Source: Paracoccaceae bacterium (GTDB lineage: Bacteria > Pseudomonadota > Alphaproteobacteria > Rhodobacterales > Rhodobacteraceae). From it: a stretch of 64,000 nucleotides of DNA. Positions 1 through 9,158 of this stretch are shown one piece after another. The notes beneath the pieces were generated by a model, which saw nothing but the letters and a program-made list of their open reading frames with translations, was not told the DNA's origin and ran no database searches. The stretch covers positions 247,797-311,796 of the forward strand of contig JAGQRW010000018.1 of assembly GCA_020425085.1 (NCBI GenBank), read 5' to 3'. Every line of letters starts with the position of its first letter. Positions within the stretch are counted from its first letter, which is position 1. The translations under genes were made by a program, and so were the position numbers.

Positions 1-432
1 CATGTTGCGTTTGTCCTGCATATTGACATCCAGCAACATCTTTTCAGCCTTTTCGATGATCGAGGTTTCGGCGGTCATGCTGTTGATGGCATTCATGCGA
101 AAGGCGCCGTCGCGAGTGGCGAAACAGGGGATCATGACGTTTTCAAATACCGTCAGGTCCGAGAATATCTCCGGTGTCTGGAACACCCGTGAAACTCCCA
201 GCTGATTGATTTCGTGCGGTTTTCTGCCCAAAAGCGAGATGCCGTTGAACATCACCGACCCGGTGTCTGGGATCAGCTTGCCGACAAAACAGTTCAGCAG
301 CGTCGATTTCCCGGCCCCGTTCGGGCCGATGATCGCATGCACGGTGTTTTCGTTGACGCTGAGGTTGACATCGCCAAGGGCTTGCAGACCACCAAAGCGT
401 TTGGAGACGTTTTTGACTTCGAGAATGCCCAT
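1..432 (-). CDS. ABC transporter ATP-binding protein, LivG-like (HAAT family); N-terminal part only, gene continues beyond window start
   Basis: Own reverse-strand translation from the ATG (complement of 430-432) gives MGILEVKNVSKRFGGLQALGDVNLSVNENTVHAIIGPNGAGKSTLLN..., with Walker A GPNGAGKST. A GGAGGC SD lies upstream, and the start is 11 nt after the stop of the permease gene. It is absent from the ORF track because no stop falls in the window. Confidence 0.9.
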   Translation of the reverse strand, partial: MGILEVKNVSKRFGGLQALGDVNLSVNENTVHAIIGPNGAGKSTLLNCFVGKLIPDTGSVMFNGISLLGRKPHEINQLGVSRVFQTPEIFSDLTVFENVMIPCFATRDGAFRMNAINSMTAETSIIEKAEKMLLDVNMQDKRNM

Positions 433-443
433 GTCAGCCTCCG

Positions 444-1664
444 TTATTCCGCCACATGCGGGGTTGCTTTGGGATGGTGCTCGTCATCTTCGCCCTGACC
501 CGAGCTTTTACCCTTGGCCTTGCCGATGCCGACAAGGCGCATGATGCGCTGGCTGCCTTCGACCAGTCCACCGGGCAGAAAGATGATCACCAGCATGAAC
601 ATCAGGCCAAGCGTCAGGTGCCAGCCTTCGCCGGTAAAGCGGGCGAATATCCACACCACCACCTCCTGAACGTCATGCGGCAGGAACGAGAACCAGTCCT
701 GAAGCACGTTTTCGTTGATTTTGGAAAAGATGTTTTCCAGATATTTGATCGCGCCTGCCCCCAGCACCGGCCCGATCAGAGTTCCGGCACCGCCAAGGAT
801 GGTCATGATCACCACCTCGCCCGAGGCGGTCCACTGCATCCGTTCCGGCCCGGCCAGCGGGTCCATCGCCGCCAGCAGGCCGCCGGCCAGCCCGGCATAG
901 GCACCGGAAATTACAAACGCCGTCAGCGCATAGGGCCGGGTGTTGATGCCGGTATAATTCAGCCGCGTCTGGTTGGTCTTGATCGCCTTCAGCATAAGTC
1001 CGAAGGGTGAGCGGAAAATCCTGACCGAAAGATAAAAGGTCAAAAGCAGCATGACGACGCAAAAGTAATAGCCGACATTGAAATGAAACTCCCAACCACC
1101 GAGATCCAGCGAGTGGGTGGTGCGCATTTCCAGCCCGAACAGGTTGGTCACGGTGGATGAATTCGGCCCCATCAGATATTGTGGGTCGTCGGTATAGACC
1201 TGAAGGCCGGTTTCGCCATTGGTGATGGGTGTCAGCACCGAATAGGCAAGGTTATAGGACATCTGGGCAAAGGCCAGCGTCAGGATCGAGAAATAGATGC
1301 CCGAGCGACGCAACGAGATGTAACCGATCACCACACTGAACACAGCGGCGACAACAACCGCCAGGATGATCGCCGGCAGAATGTTCATCGACAGCAGTTT
1401 GAACATCCAGACGGCGGAATAGCTGCCGACGCCCAGAAACGCCGCGTGACCAAAGGAAAGATAGCCTGTCAGCCCGAACAGGATGTTGAAACCGATGGCA
1501 AGGATGCCAAAGATCACGAACCGTTGCATCAGATCGGGATAGCCCGCGTTGAACTGTGCCAGCGCACTGTTGCTGGGAAACGGGTTCAGGATGAAAGGGC
1601 CAAGTATCGCCAGAACCGATACGATGATCAGCAACAGGGTGTCGCGTTTATCAAGACCGAGCAT
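444..1664 (-). CDS. Branched-chain-amino-acid-type (HAAT) ABC transporter permease, LivM-like
   Basis: 406-aa multi-TM ORF with a typical LivM core ([16 protein letters not shown]). Sits in an operon with a LivH-like permease and a LivG-like ATPase. Confidence 0.9.
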   Translation of the reverse strand: MLGLDKRDTLLLIIVSVLAILGPFILNPFPSNSALAQFNAGYPDLMQRFVIFGILAIGFNILFGLTGYLSFGHAAFLGVGSYSAVWMFKLLSMNILPAIILAVVVAAVFSVVIGYISLRRSGIYFSILTLAFAQMSYNLAYSVLTPITNGETGLQVYTDDPQYLMGPNSSTVTNLFGLEMRTTHSLDLGGWEFHFNVGYYFCVVMLLLTFYLSVRIFRSPFGLMLKAIKTNQTRLNYTGINTRPYALTAFVISGAYAGLAGGLLAAMDPLAGPERMQWTASGEVVIMTILGGAGTLIGPVLGAGAIKYLENIFSKINENVLQDWFSFLPHDVQEVVVWIFARFTGEGWHLTLGLMFMLVIIFLPGGLVEGSQRIMRLVGIGKAKGKSSGQGEDDEHHPKATPHVAE

Positions 1665-1667
1665 GTA

Positions 1668-2708
1668 TTATTCCTCCATCACGCCCTTGCGTCCCATCAG
1701 GCCACGCGGCCGGGTCAGCAAGATGATGATTGCGATCAGATAAATGATGATCTGGTCGATGCCGGGCAGGATCGACTTGATCTCGTTCATCGAGGCGAAA
1801 CTTTCCAGAATGCCCAGCAGGAAACCGGCGGCAACCGCGCCCGCCAGCGACCCCATGCCGCCGACCACCACCACGACAAAACTGAGCACCAGAAAATCCA
1901 TGCCCATGTGATAGTTGGGCGAGTTTATGGGGGCATACATCACCCCGGCCAGCCCCGCCACCGCAGCGGCAATGCCGAACATGATGGTAAAACGCCGGTC
2001 GATATTGATGCCCAGCAAACCGACGGTTTCACGGTCGGCCATGCCGGCGCGCACCACCATGCCGAAGGTGGTGAACTGCAAGAAGGCAAAGACCCCGCCG
2101 ATGACCAGGGCCGAAAACAGAAAATAGATCAGCCGCCAATAGGGATAGATGATGGCGTTTTCGGCAAATCCGACCAGCACGCCCAAATCGATCGAGCCGC
2201 GAAACATCTCGGGCGCCGGGGTCGGGATCGGGTTGGCGCCAAAGAACGACTTGATGATCTCTTGCAACACGATGGCAAGGCCGAACGTCACCAGGATCTG
2301 GTCGGCATGCGGGCGATGGTAGAAATGCTTGATCAAACCGCGTTCCATCGCATAGCCGACGAACAGCATGATCGGAATGGAAAACAGGATCGACAGCGGC
2401 ACCGCCCAGTCGATCAGACCGTTGCCGACGGTCGGGCCGAACCAGTCCACCACATAGGCGGTCTTGATTTCCAGCGGCTGGCCGAGAAAGTTCTTTTTTT
2501 CCGGATCCAGCGTGATGAACGACAGTGACAACAGCTTGGAAAAGGTCACGGCCGTAAAGGCCCCGATCATGAAGATAGCGCCATGCGCAAAATTGACCAC
2601 GCCGAGCGTGCCAAAAATCAAGGTCAGGCCAAGTGCGATCAGCGCATAGGCGCTGCCCTTGTCCAGACCGTTGAGGATTTGCAGAAGGATTGAGTCCATC
2701 TTATCCAC
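1668..2708 (-). CDS. HAAT ABC transporter permease, LivH-like
   Basis: 346-aa multi-TM ORF whose N-terminus (LLQILNGLDKGSAYALIALGLTLIFG) is typical of LivH. There is a 3-nt gap to the next permease. Confidence 0.9.
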   Translation of the reverse strand: MDKMDSILLQILNGLDKGSAYALIALGLTLIFGTLGVVNFAHGAIFMIGAFTAVTFSKLLSLSFITLDPEKKNFLGQPLEIKTAYVVDWFGPTVGNGLIDWAVPLSILFSIPIMLFVGYAMERGLIKHFYHRPHADQILVTFGLAIVLQEIIKSFFGANPIPTPAPEMFRGSIDLGVLVGFAENAIIYPYWRLIYFLFSALVIGGVFAFLQFTTFGMVVRAGMADRETVGLLGINIDRRFTIMFGIAAAVAGLAGVMYAPINSPNYHMGMDFLVLSFVVVVVGGMGSLAGAVAAGFLLGILESFASMNEIKSILPGIDQIIIYLIAIIILLTRPRGLMGRKGVMEE

Positions 2709-2750
2709 TCACCGTTCAGTTTTCGGAAGTTCGGCGCCGTTTGCCGGTGT

Positions 2751-2793
2751 CCCGGCCGCGATCCGTCCCAAAGGGGTTGAAATCGCGGCCGGG
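2751..2793 (-). other. Intercistronic perfect 12-bp inverted repeat (mRNA stem-loop) between the binding-protein gene and the permease genes
   Basis: CCCGGCCGCGAT (2751-2762) and ATCGCGGCCGGG (2782-2793) are exact reverse complements separated by a 19-nt spacer. No U-tract follows on the transcribed strand. Such hairpins commonly stabilise the SBP segment of ABC operon mRNAs. Confidence 0.5.
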
Positions 2794-2853
2794 CAGAGCC
2801 CTCAGGTCAGGGACGTGCACCCGTGTCGGATGCCCCGGACCACCGGATGCCGA

Positions 2854-4239
2854 TCAGGCGGAACCCGGATTGCACTTGCCCAGTTCGCCACCGGCGAACA
2901 TCGGGTTGTCCGGTTCGTACCAGACCTGTTTGACCGGGGTGATTTCCACGATCTCAAGCGCGTCATACTCGTTGTCCGGGTTTTCCTTGCCCTTCATCAC
3001 CAGCACGTCCTTGAAGCACTGATGGTCGGGCTTGCGGTAAAGCGTCGGACCGTTGCCAAGACCGTCGAACAGGTAGCCGGTGTTGGCTGCACTGTTGATA
3101 TCCGGCAACGAACTGCCGTCACCTTCCAGCGCCTCGACGATACCGCAGGGGTTGAAGGTTCCGGCGCGCTCCGCCGCATCGGCATAAAGCAGCGCCTGCG
3201 CATAGGCGGTCTGGGCAGCATTTGACGGCGGAAAGCCGTATTTGGTGCCAAACGACTGCACGAACGCCTTGGTGCCGGCATCCTGCAATTTCCACGACCA
3301 GTTGGTGGAACCGAACACGCCTTCGATGTTCTTGCCGGCGCCCTTGGCCATCAGCTCGGAATAAAGCGGCACGACGATTTCGAACTGCTTGCCGTTGACC
3401 ATCTTGTCGCGCAAACCGAATTGCACCGCGTTGGTGAGGCTGTTCACCATGTTGCCGCCGTAATGGTTCAGGATCAGCACATCTGCACCCGAATTCAGCA
3501 CCGGTGCGATATAGGACGAGAAATCGGTGGTCGCCAGCGGCGTCAGCACGTTGTTGACGGTTTTCCAGCCGATCGCCTCGGTCGCGGCCTGGATCGATTC
3601 CTGCTGGGTCCAGCCCCAGGTGTAGTCCGCCGTCAGGTGATAGGCGCGGCGATCCTTGCCATAGGCTTTTTCCAGCACCGGTGCCAGCGCGGCGCCCGAC
3701 ATGTAGGCGTTGAAGAAGTGACGGAAACCGTTTGCCTTCTTGTCCTTGCCGGTGGTGTCGTTGGAATGGGTCAGACCGGCCATGAAGATGACGCCCGCCT
3801 CCTGACACAGACCCTGAACCGCCACGGCCACGCCCGAGCTTGACCCGCCGGTGATCATGATCGCACCGTCTTTTTCGATCATCGACTTGGCCGAAGCACG
3901 CGCCGCATCGGATTTGGTCTGCGTGTCGCCCGAAACATACGCGACCTTTTTGCCCAGAACACCGTTACCCTTAAGGGCTTTGGAGCTGAAGGTGTTCAAC
4001 GCACCGCCATCGCCTTCGCCGTTCAGGTGTTCCACCGCAAGCTGATAGGCGCGCAGTTCATCCTTGCCTTCTTCGGCATAGGGTCCGGTTTGCGGTACGT
4101 TGAAACCGAAGGTCACGGTACCGCCGGTCGGTTCATTGGTATAGCCCGCCGCCCTAAGGATGGTCGGCATCGCCAGACCCGCCCCGGCAAGTGCGCCGGT
4201 TTTCAGCAGGCCACGACGAGTTGGTTTGATAATGGACAT
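2854..4239 (-). CDS. ABC transporter periplasmic substrate-binding protein (LivJ/Peripla_BP_6-like) with twin-arginine signal peptide
   Basis: The ORF-track ORF 2854..4482 is trimmed to the internal ATG at 4239, which is preceded by GGAGGAAA. The N-terminus MSIIKPTRRGLLKTGALAGAGLAMPTILRAAG matches the Tat consensus (T-R-R-x-L-L-K). The mature part resembles type-I periplasmic binding proteins. Confidence 0.85.
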   Translation of the reverse strand: MSIIKPTRRGLLKTGALAGAGLAMPTILRAAGYTNEPTGGTVTFGFNVPQTGPYAEEGKDELRAYQLAVEHLNGEGDGGALNTFSSKALKGNGVLGKKVAYVSGDTQTKSDAARASAKSMIEKDGAIMITGGSSSGVAVAVQGLCQEAGVIFMAGLTHSNDTTGKDKKANGFRHFFNAYMSGAALAPVLEKAYGKDRRAYHLTADYTWGWTQQESIQAATEAIGWKTVNNVLTPLATTDFSSYIAPVLNSGADVLILNHYGGNMVNSLTNAVQFGLRDKMVNGKQFEIVVPLYSELMAKGAGKNIEGVFGSTNWSWKLQDAGTKAFVQSFGTKYGFPPSNAAQTAYAQALLYADAAERAGTFNPCGIVEALEGDGSSLPDINSAANTGYLFDGLGNGPTLYRKPDHQCFKDVLVMKGKENPDNEYDALEIVEITPVKQVWYEPDNPMFAGGELGKCNPGSA

Positions 4240-4402
4240 GAATTTCCTCCCATTCGTGTCAATGTCAATGTTGCCCCGTTCAGGGCTACAGGCCATGTAA
4301 CTGGCTGGGGCTAGTATTTCTGACGTTTGGTAAACTTGGCAACAAATTATTGTAGTATAACGATAATTGTGTAAAAATATGAACATATCTGATCGAATTA
4401 CT

Positions 4403-4416
4403 GTAAAATATTTTAC
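4403..4416. promoter_or_regulatory. Perfect 14-bp palindrome GTAAAATATTTTAC in the divergent promoter region; candidate operator
   Basis: The sequence is self-complementary and sits 42 nt upstream of the regulator ATG (4458), in the AT-rich 218-bp gap shared with the ABC operon. Confidence 0.35.
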
Positions 4417-4457
4417 CAACCGCGAATTAGCCACCTGAAAACCAAGGGAAAATCGCC

Positions 4458-5756
4458 ATGGCGAAAATGCTGATCGGGTCAAGAATACGCGAACGGCGCG
4501 AGGCTGCCGGCCTCAGGCAGTCCGAGGTGGCGCGTCGCGCCGGTATCTCGGCCAGCTATCTCAACCTGATTGAACATAACCGCCGGGGAATCGCCGGCAA
4601 GGTTCTGCTGAATATCGCCTCGGTGCTGGATTTCGAGGTTTCCTCGCTTGGCGATGCTGCCGCCGACGAGTTGCTCAGAAACCTGAAAATCGCCGCAGCC
4701 GGGGCGGATCCGGCAGTGGAAACCGAACGGACCGAGGAATTGATCGGCCGCTTTCCCGGCTGGGCCGGCCTGATCGCCGGTCTTGGCGAAAAGGTGCGGC
4801 ATCTGGAACATTCGGTCAGTGCGCTCAGTGACCGGCTGGCGCATGATCCGCTGCTGGCCGAAAGCCTGCATGCGATGCTTTCCAGTGTCACGGCCATTCA
4901 TGCCACCTCGGGCATTCTGGCGCAGTCCGAAAAGATGGAACAGTTGCAGCAGCGGCGGTTCCAGAACAACATCCATCAGGAAAGTGCGCGCCTGTCCGAC
5001 CTGTCGCGCCAACTGGTCGGTTATTTCGACCGGTTGTCGGCGGACCAGGGCAAGCTGTCGACGCCGATGGACGAGGTCGATGCGGTGCTGACAGCGGCCG
5101 GGTTTTATTTTCCCGAACTTGAACGCGGCGACGAGGCAGCGGTGACGCGCCAGATGGCGGCGTTTGATGCAGCGATCAGCAATCCGGCGCGTTTGATTCT
5201 GATTGCGGTCCTTGAACAGGCGGCAGCGGACATCGCCGCGCTGCCGCTGGCGGAATTCGTCGATGCCGCGCGCGTCGACGGCGATAGCACGGCGGCGCTG
5301 GCGGCAAGGTTCAACTGTTTGCAACCCACGATTTACCGGCGGCTGGCGTTTTTGCCGCCGGATACCGGCCTGCCGGGTTTCGGGCTGATCGCCTGCGATG
5401 CGACCGGGGCGGTACTGTTGCGAAAGCCGTTGCCGGGTTTTACCCTGCCGCGTTATGGTGCAGGTTGCGGGTTGTGGCCGCTTTATCAGGCAATGTCGCA
5501 GCCGCATGTGCCGATGGTGGCGCTGTTGCAGACCACCGAGGCGCGAATGTTCCGCGCCGAGGCGATTGCCAGCTATCTTGACCCGGCAGCGGCACGAACC
5601 CAGCCGGTCTTGCGCTCGGTGATGCTGTTCAGGTCGGCGGCGGGGGGGGCGGCCAGCCCAGGCCTGCAACCGGTCGAGGTCGGCCCTAGTTGCCGCATCT
5701 GCCCGCGTCAGGCATGTCCGGCCCGGCGCGAGCCGTCGATCATGGCAGATGCCTGA
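4458..5756 (+). CDS. XRE-family HTH transcriptional regulator with C-terminal DUF2083-like domain (short-chain fatty acyl-CoA regulator / ScfR-RamB-like family)
   Basis: The N-terminus IGSRIRERREAAGLRQSEVARRAGISASYLNLIEHNRR is a classic XRE HTH. The C-terminus (RFNCLQPTIYRRLAFL...CRICPRQACPAR) resembles DUF2083. The gene is divergent from the ABC operon. Confidence 0.75.
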   Translation: MAKMLIGSRIRERREAAGLRQSEVARRAGISASYLNLIEHNRRGIAGKVLLNIASVLDFEVSSLGDAAADELLRNLKIAAAGADPAVETERTEELIGRFPGWAGLIAGLGEKVRHLEHSVSALSDRLAHDPLLAESLHAMLSSVTAIHATSGILAQSEKMEQLQQRRFQNNIHQESARLSDLSRQLVGYFDRLSADQGKLSTPMDEVDAVLTAAGFYFPELERGDEAAVTRQMAAFDAAISNPARLILIAVLEQAAADIAALPLAEFVDAARVDGDSTAALAARFNCLQPTIYRRLAFLPPDTGLPGFGLIACDATGAVLLRKPLPGFTLPRYGAGCGLWPLYQAMSQPHVPMVALLQTTEARMFRAEAIASYLDPAAARTQPVLRSVMLFRSAAGGAASPGLQPVEVGPSCRICPRQACPARREPSIMADA

Positions 5757-5859
5757 ACCAAAATCGGAACCAGCCTGTGACCATGTGGACTTTCGCAAGG
5801 TACTTGCCAAATGCGCAATCGCCGTTCCATGATGCGCCAACTTAACAGGGAAGTGGCGG

Positions 5860-6225
5860 ATGGGAAAACATGTCCTTTTGATCGAGGATGAACCGAACAT
5901 CATTGAAGCCATCACCTTCATCCTGCGACAGGATGGCTGGCGCGTCAGCACGCATTCCAACGGCAAGACCGCCATCGAGGCGGTTACGAAATCGCTGCCT
6001 GATCTGGTGATCCTTGATGTGATGCTGCCGGGGCGCAGCGGTTTTGACATCCTTCAGGATCTCAGATCGCGCCAGATTTGGCAGAACCTGCCGGTTCTGA
6101 TGTTGACGGCACGCGGTCAGGCCAGGGACCGCGACGCGGCAACCGCGTTTGGTGCCAGCCGTTACATGACCAAGCCGTTTTCAAACTCGGAAATGTTGGC
6201 AACCGTGCGGGAACTGGTGGTATGA
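5860..6225 (+). CDS. Single-domain (receiver-only) response regulator, CheY-like fold
   Basis: 121 aa. Contains LLIEDEPN (acidic pocket), DLVILDVMLPGRSG (phospho-Asp) and KPF near the C-terminus. No output domain is present. Confidence 0.9.
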   Translation: MGKHVLLIEDEPNIIEAITFILRQDGWRVSTHSNGKTAIEAVTKSLPDLVILDVMLPGRSGFDILQDLRSRQIWQNLPVLMLTARGQARDRDAATAFGASRYMTKPFSNSEMLATVRELVV

Positions 6226-6476
6226 GGGAACCCAGTTCACCGCAATTTCTTGATCTTCGCAGCTATCGCCGCCGCCGTCTGGTGGATGCCGCCAAGCTGT
6301 TGCCGGTGCTGGGGGCGGGGCTGTTTCTGATGCCGTTGCCGTTTCTGTTTACCCGAACCGGTGACGAATTCAACGCGGTGCCGATGTCGATCTATCTGTT
6401 CGCGGTCTGGCTGGCGCTGATCGTTGCGGCGCGGATACTGGCAAAAAGCCTGCAAAAGCGCGAATTCGAAGGTTAG
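6222..6476 (+). CDS. Small two-TM membrane protein (84 aa), unknown function
   Basis: The in-frame ATG at 6222 overlaps the response-regulator stop (ATGA). The sequence has two hydrophobic helices (LLPVLGAGLFLMPLPFLF, IYLFAVWLALIVAARIL). The ORF ends 6 nt before the kinase gene. Confidence 0.6.
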   Translation: MREPSSPQFLDLRSYRRRRLVDAAKLLPVLGAGLFLMPLPFLFTRTGDEFNAVPMSIYLFAVWLALIVAARILAKSLQKREFEG

Positions 6477-6482
6477 GGCGGC

Positions 6483-9158
6483 ATGCTGTCGTTCAACCTT
6501 CTGGTGCTGGTGGCGACGCTTTATGTCAGCTTTTTGTTCCTGGTGGCGTTCCTGGCGGATATGCGGGCGCGCCAGGGGCGGCTTGGCTGGCTGCGCTCGC
6601 CGCTGGTCTATACGCTGTCCTTGTCGATCTATACCACCGCCTGGACCTTTTTCGGCGCGGTCGGTTCTGCCGTCAGGAACGGGCTGGAGTTCATGGCGAT
6701 CTATCTGGGGCCGACGCTGGTTTTCGTCGGCTGGTGGTGGCTGCTGCGCAAGCTGGTCAGGATCGGGCGCACCCATCGCATCACCTCGATCGCCGACCTT
6801 CTGTCGTCGCGCTATGGCAAAAGCGCCTTTCTGGCGGTGATCGTGACGGCGCTGGCGGTGGTTGGCACCACACCCTATATCGCGCTGCAACTGCAATCGG
6901 TGGCGCTGTCGTTTTCGGTGTTTGCCGGCAGCGGTTCGGTGGATGAGGGGGCGGTCAGCCTCAACTTCACGGCCTTCTGGGTGGCGGCGGGCCTGGCGGT
7001 TTTCACCATCCTGTTCGGCACCCGCACCATTGACAGCAACGAAAAGCACCACGGCGTCGTCACCGCCATCGCGGTCGAGGCGGTGGTGAAACTGATCGCG
7101 CTGCTGGCGGTCGGGATTTTCGTCGTCTGGGGGGTGGCCGAGGGGCCAGCCGATATGCTGGCGCGGATCAAAACCACCGAAATCGACATCTACAGCGCCT
7201 CGGGCAGCCGCTGGATCACCCTGATGATCCTGTCGGCAGCGGCGATCGTCTGCCTGCCAAGGATGTTTCAGGTGACGGTGGTGGAAAACTCAGACGAAAG
7301 CCATCTTGCCACCGCAAGCTGGGCCTTTCCCTTGTATCTGTTCCTGATGAGCCTGTTCGTGCTGCCCATCGCGGTGATCGGGCTGGCCGAGATGCCAACC
7401 GGGTCGAACCCCGATCTTTACGTTCTGACGGTGCCGATCCTTCACGATCAGGAAGCATTGGCGATGCTGGCCTTTCTGGGCGGGTTTTCATCGGCGACCT
7501 CGATGGTGATTGTGGCCACGATTGCGCTGGCGACCATGGTTTCAAACCACATCGTCATGCCGGTCTGGCTGACCTTCATGGGCACCAATGTCAAGCTGAG
7601 CGGCGATGTGCGCAATGTGCTGATCCGGGCGCGGCGCATCAGTATCGTGGCGATTCTGACGCTTGGATACGGCTATTTCCGCATCAGCGGCGGCTCAAGC
7701 GCGCTGGCCTCGATCGGATTGATCGCCTTTACCGGCGTGGCGCAAGTGCTGCCGGCGATGGTAGGTGGCCTGTTCTGGCGCGGGGCCACAAGACGCGGCG
7801 CCATCATCGGGCTGACCTCGGGGTTTGCGCTGTGGCTCTATACGCTGTTCCTGCCGAGTTTCGAAGGCAGTTGGCTGATGCCCGTAAGCGTGCTGGAAAA
7901 CGGCCTGTTCGGGATCAGCGCGCTAAGGCCGCAGGCGCTGTTCGGCATGACCGGCATGGATCCGCTGGTGCATGCGCTGATCTGGTCGATGGGCGTCAAT
8001 GCGGTGGGGTTCGTTCTGGTTTCGCTGGTGACTTTTCCGTCGCCGCTGGAGCGGTTGCAAGGCGCGCAGTTCGTCAATGTGTTCGAACATTCCTCGGGTC
8101 AGGGGCCGTGGTCGTCGATGTCGGTGGCGACCGATGATCTTCTGGTGATGTCGCAGCGGATCATGGGTAACGCGGCGGCACTGCAACTGTTTCGTGACGC
8201 TGCCCATGAACAGGGCAAGCCCGGCGGCTTTCCCGACCCGACGCGCGAATTCGTCGAACGGCTGGAACGCGAACTGGCCGGCTCGGTCGGTGCCGCGACG
8301 GCGCATGCGATGATCGGCCAGTTGACCGGCGGCACCAGCATTTCGGTCGAAGACCTGATCGCGGTCGCCGATGAGACGGCGCAGATCATGGAACATTCCG
8401 TGCAGCTTGAACAGAAATCGCGCGAACTGGCCCGCACCGCCCGGCAGTTGCAAACCGCCAATGAAAAGCTGACCGAACTGGGCATTCAGAAGGATGGCTT
8501 TCTTAGCCAGATCAGCCATGAACTCAGAACGCCGATGACCTCGATCCGCTCATTCGCCGAGATTTTGCGCGAAAATGACGGCCTGGATCAGGCGGTGGCC
8601 AAACGCTATTCCTCGATCATACTGGCCGAAAGCATCAGGATGACGCGGCTGCTGGATGAAATCCTGGACCTGAGCGTGCTGGAAAACGGTCAGGTGGTGT
8701 TGCAGCAAAAAACCGGCAATCTCGGCCAGTTGATCGACCGTGCGGTGACCGCCGGGGCGACTGGCCCGGACGGACGGCGGATCAGTGTGGTTTTTGATGC
8801 GGCGCTGGCCACAACCGAGATCACCACCGATCTGGACCGCCTGTCGCAGGTGTTCATCAATCTGGTTACGAATGCGCGCAAATATTGCGGTGCCGCGTTG
8901 CCGGAACTCAGGATCGAACTTGAACGAGGTGCCGGCCAGATGATCCTTGACTTCATTGATAACGGCGAGGGGATCGCAGAAAAGCACCGCGAGCTGATCT
9001 TTGAGAAATTCTCGCGCCTGTCGGATTCTGCCGCCGCCGGTTCCGCCGGGCTGGGTCTGGCGATCAGCCGCGAGATCATGCGCAACCTTGGAGGTTCGAT
9101 CGAATATCTGCCCGGAAGGGGCGGGGCAGCGTTTCGCGTGGTATTGCCCGCCGCCTGA
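6483..9158 (+). CDS. Sensor histidine kinase with N-terminal sodium:solute symporter (SSF)-like multi-TM domain (CbrA/CrbS-type architecture)
   Basis: 891 aa. The first ~500 aa are polytopic and SSF-like. These are followed by an H-box (FLSQISHELRTPMTSI), an N-box (INLVTNARKY) and G-boxes (DNGEGI, GSAGLGLAISREI). There is no receiver domain. Confidence 0.85.
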   Translation: MLSFNLLVLVATLYVSFLFLVAFLADMRARQGRLGWLRSPLVYTLSLSIYTTAWTFFGAVGSAVRNGLEFMAIYLGPTLVFVGWWWLLRKLVRIGRTHRITSIADLLSSRYGKSAFLAVIVTALAVVGTTPYIALQLQSVALSFSVFAGSGSVDEGAVSLNFTAFWVAAGLAVFTILFGTRTIDSNEKHHGVVTAIAVEAVVKLIALLAVGIFVVWGVAEGPADMLARIKTTEIDIYSASGSRWITLMILSAAAIVCLPRMFQVTVVENSDESHLATASWAFPLYLFLMSLFVLPIAVIGLAEMPTGSNPDLYVLTVPILHDQEALAMLAFLGGFSSATSMVIVATIALATMVSNHIVMPVWLTFMGTNVKLSGDVRNVLIRARRISIVAILTLGYGYFRISGGSSALASIGLIAFTGVAQVLPAMVGGLFWRGATRRGAIIGLTSGFALWLYTLFLPSFEGSWLMPVSVLENGLFGISALRPQALFGMTGMDPLVHALIWSMGVNAVGFVLVSLVTFPSPLERLQGAQFVNVFEHSSGQGPWSSMSVATDDLLVMSQRIMGNAAALQLFRDAAHEQGKPGGFPDPTREFVERLERELAGSVGAATAHAMIGQLTGGTSISVEDLIAVADETAQIMEHSVQLEQKSRELARTARQLQTANEKLTELGIQKDGFLSQISHELRTPMTSIRSFAEILRENDGLDQAVAKRYSSIILAESIRMTRLLDEILDLSVLENGQVVLQQKTGNLGQLIDRAVTAGATGPDGRRISVVFDAALATTEITTDLDRLSQVFINLVTNARKYCGAALPELRIELERGAGQMILDFIDNGEGIAEKHRELIFEKFSRLSDSAAAGSAGLGLAISREIMRNLGGSIEYLPGRGGAAFRVVLPAA

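Noticed and set aside
1179-2528. Long antisense or alternative-frame ORFs (for example 1179..2528 +, 4479..6050 -, 18608..20179 -, 22661..23722 -, 45089..46117 -, 55814..57040 +, 33910..34782 -)
   Set aside because: These are typical high-GC shadow ORFs. Their products are Arg/Pro/Gly/His-rich and low in complexity, and each fully overlaps a gene with clear family signatures on the other strand or frame.
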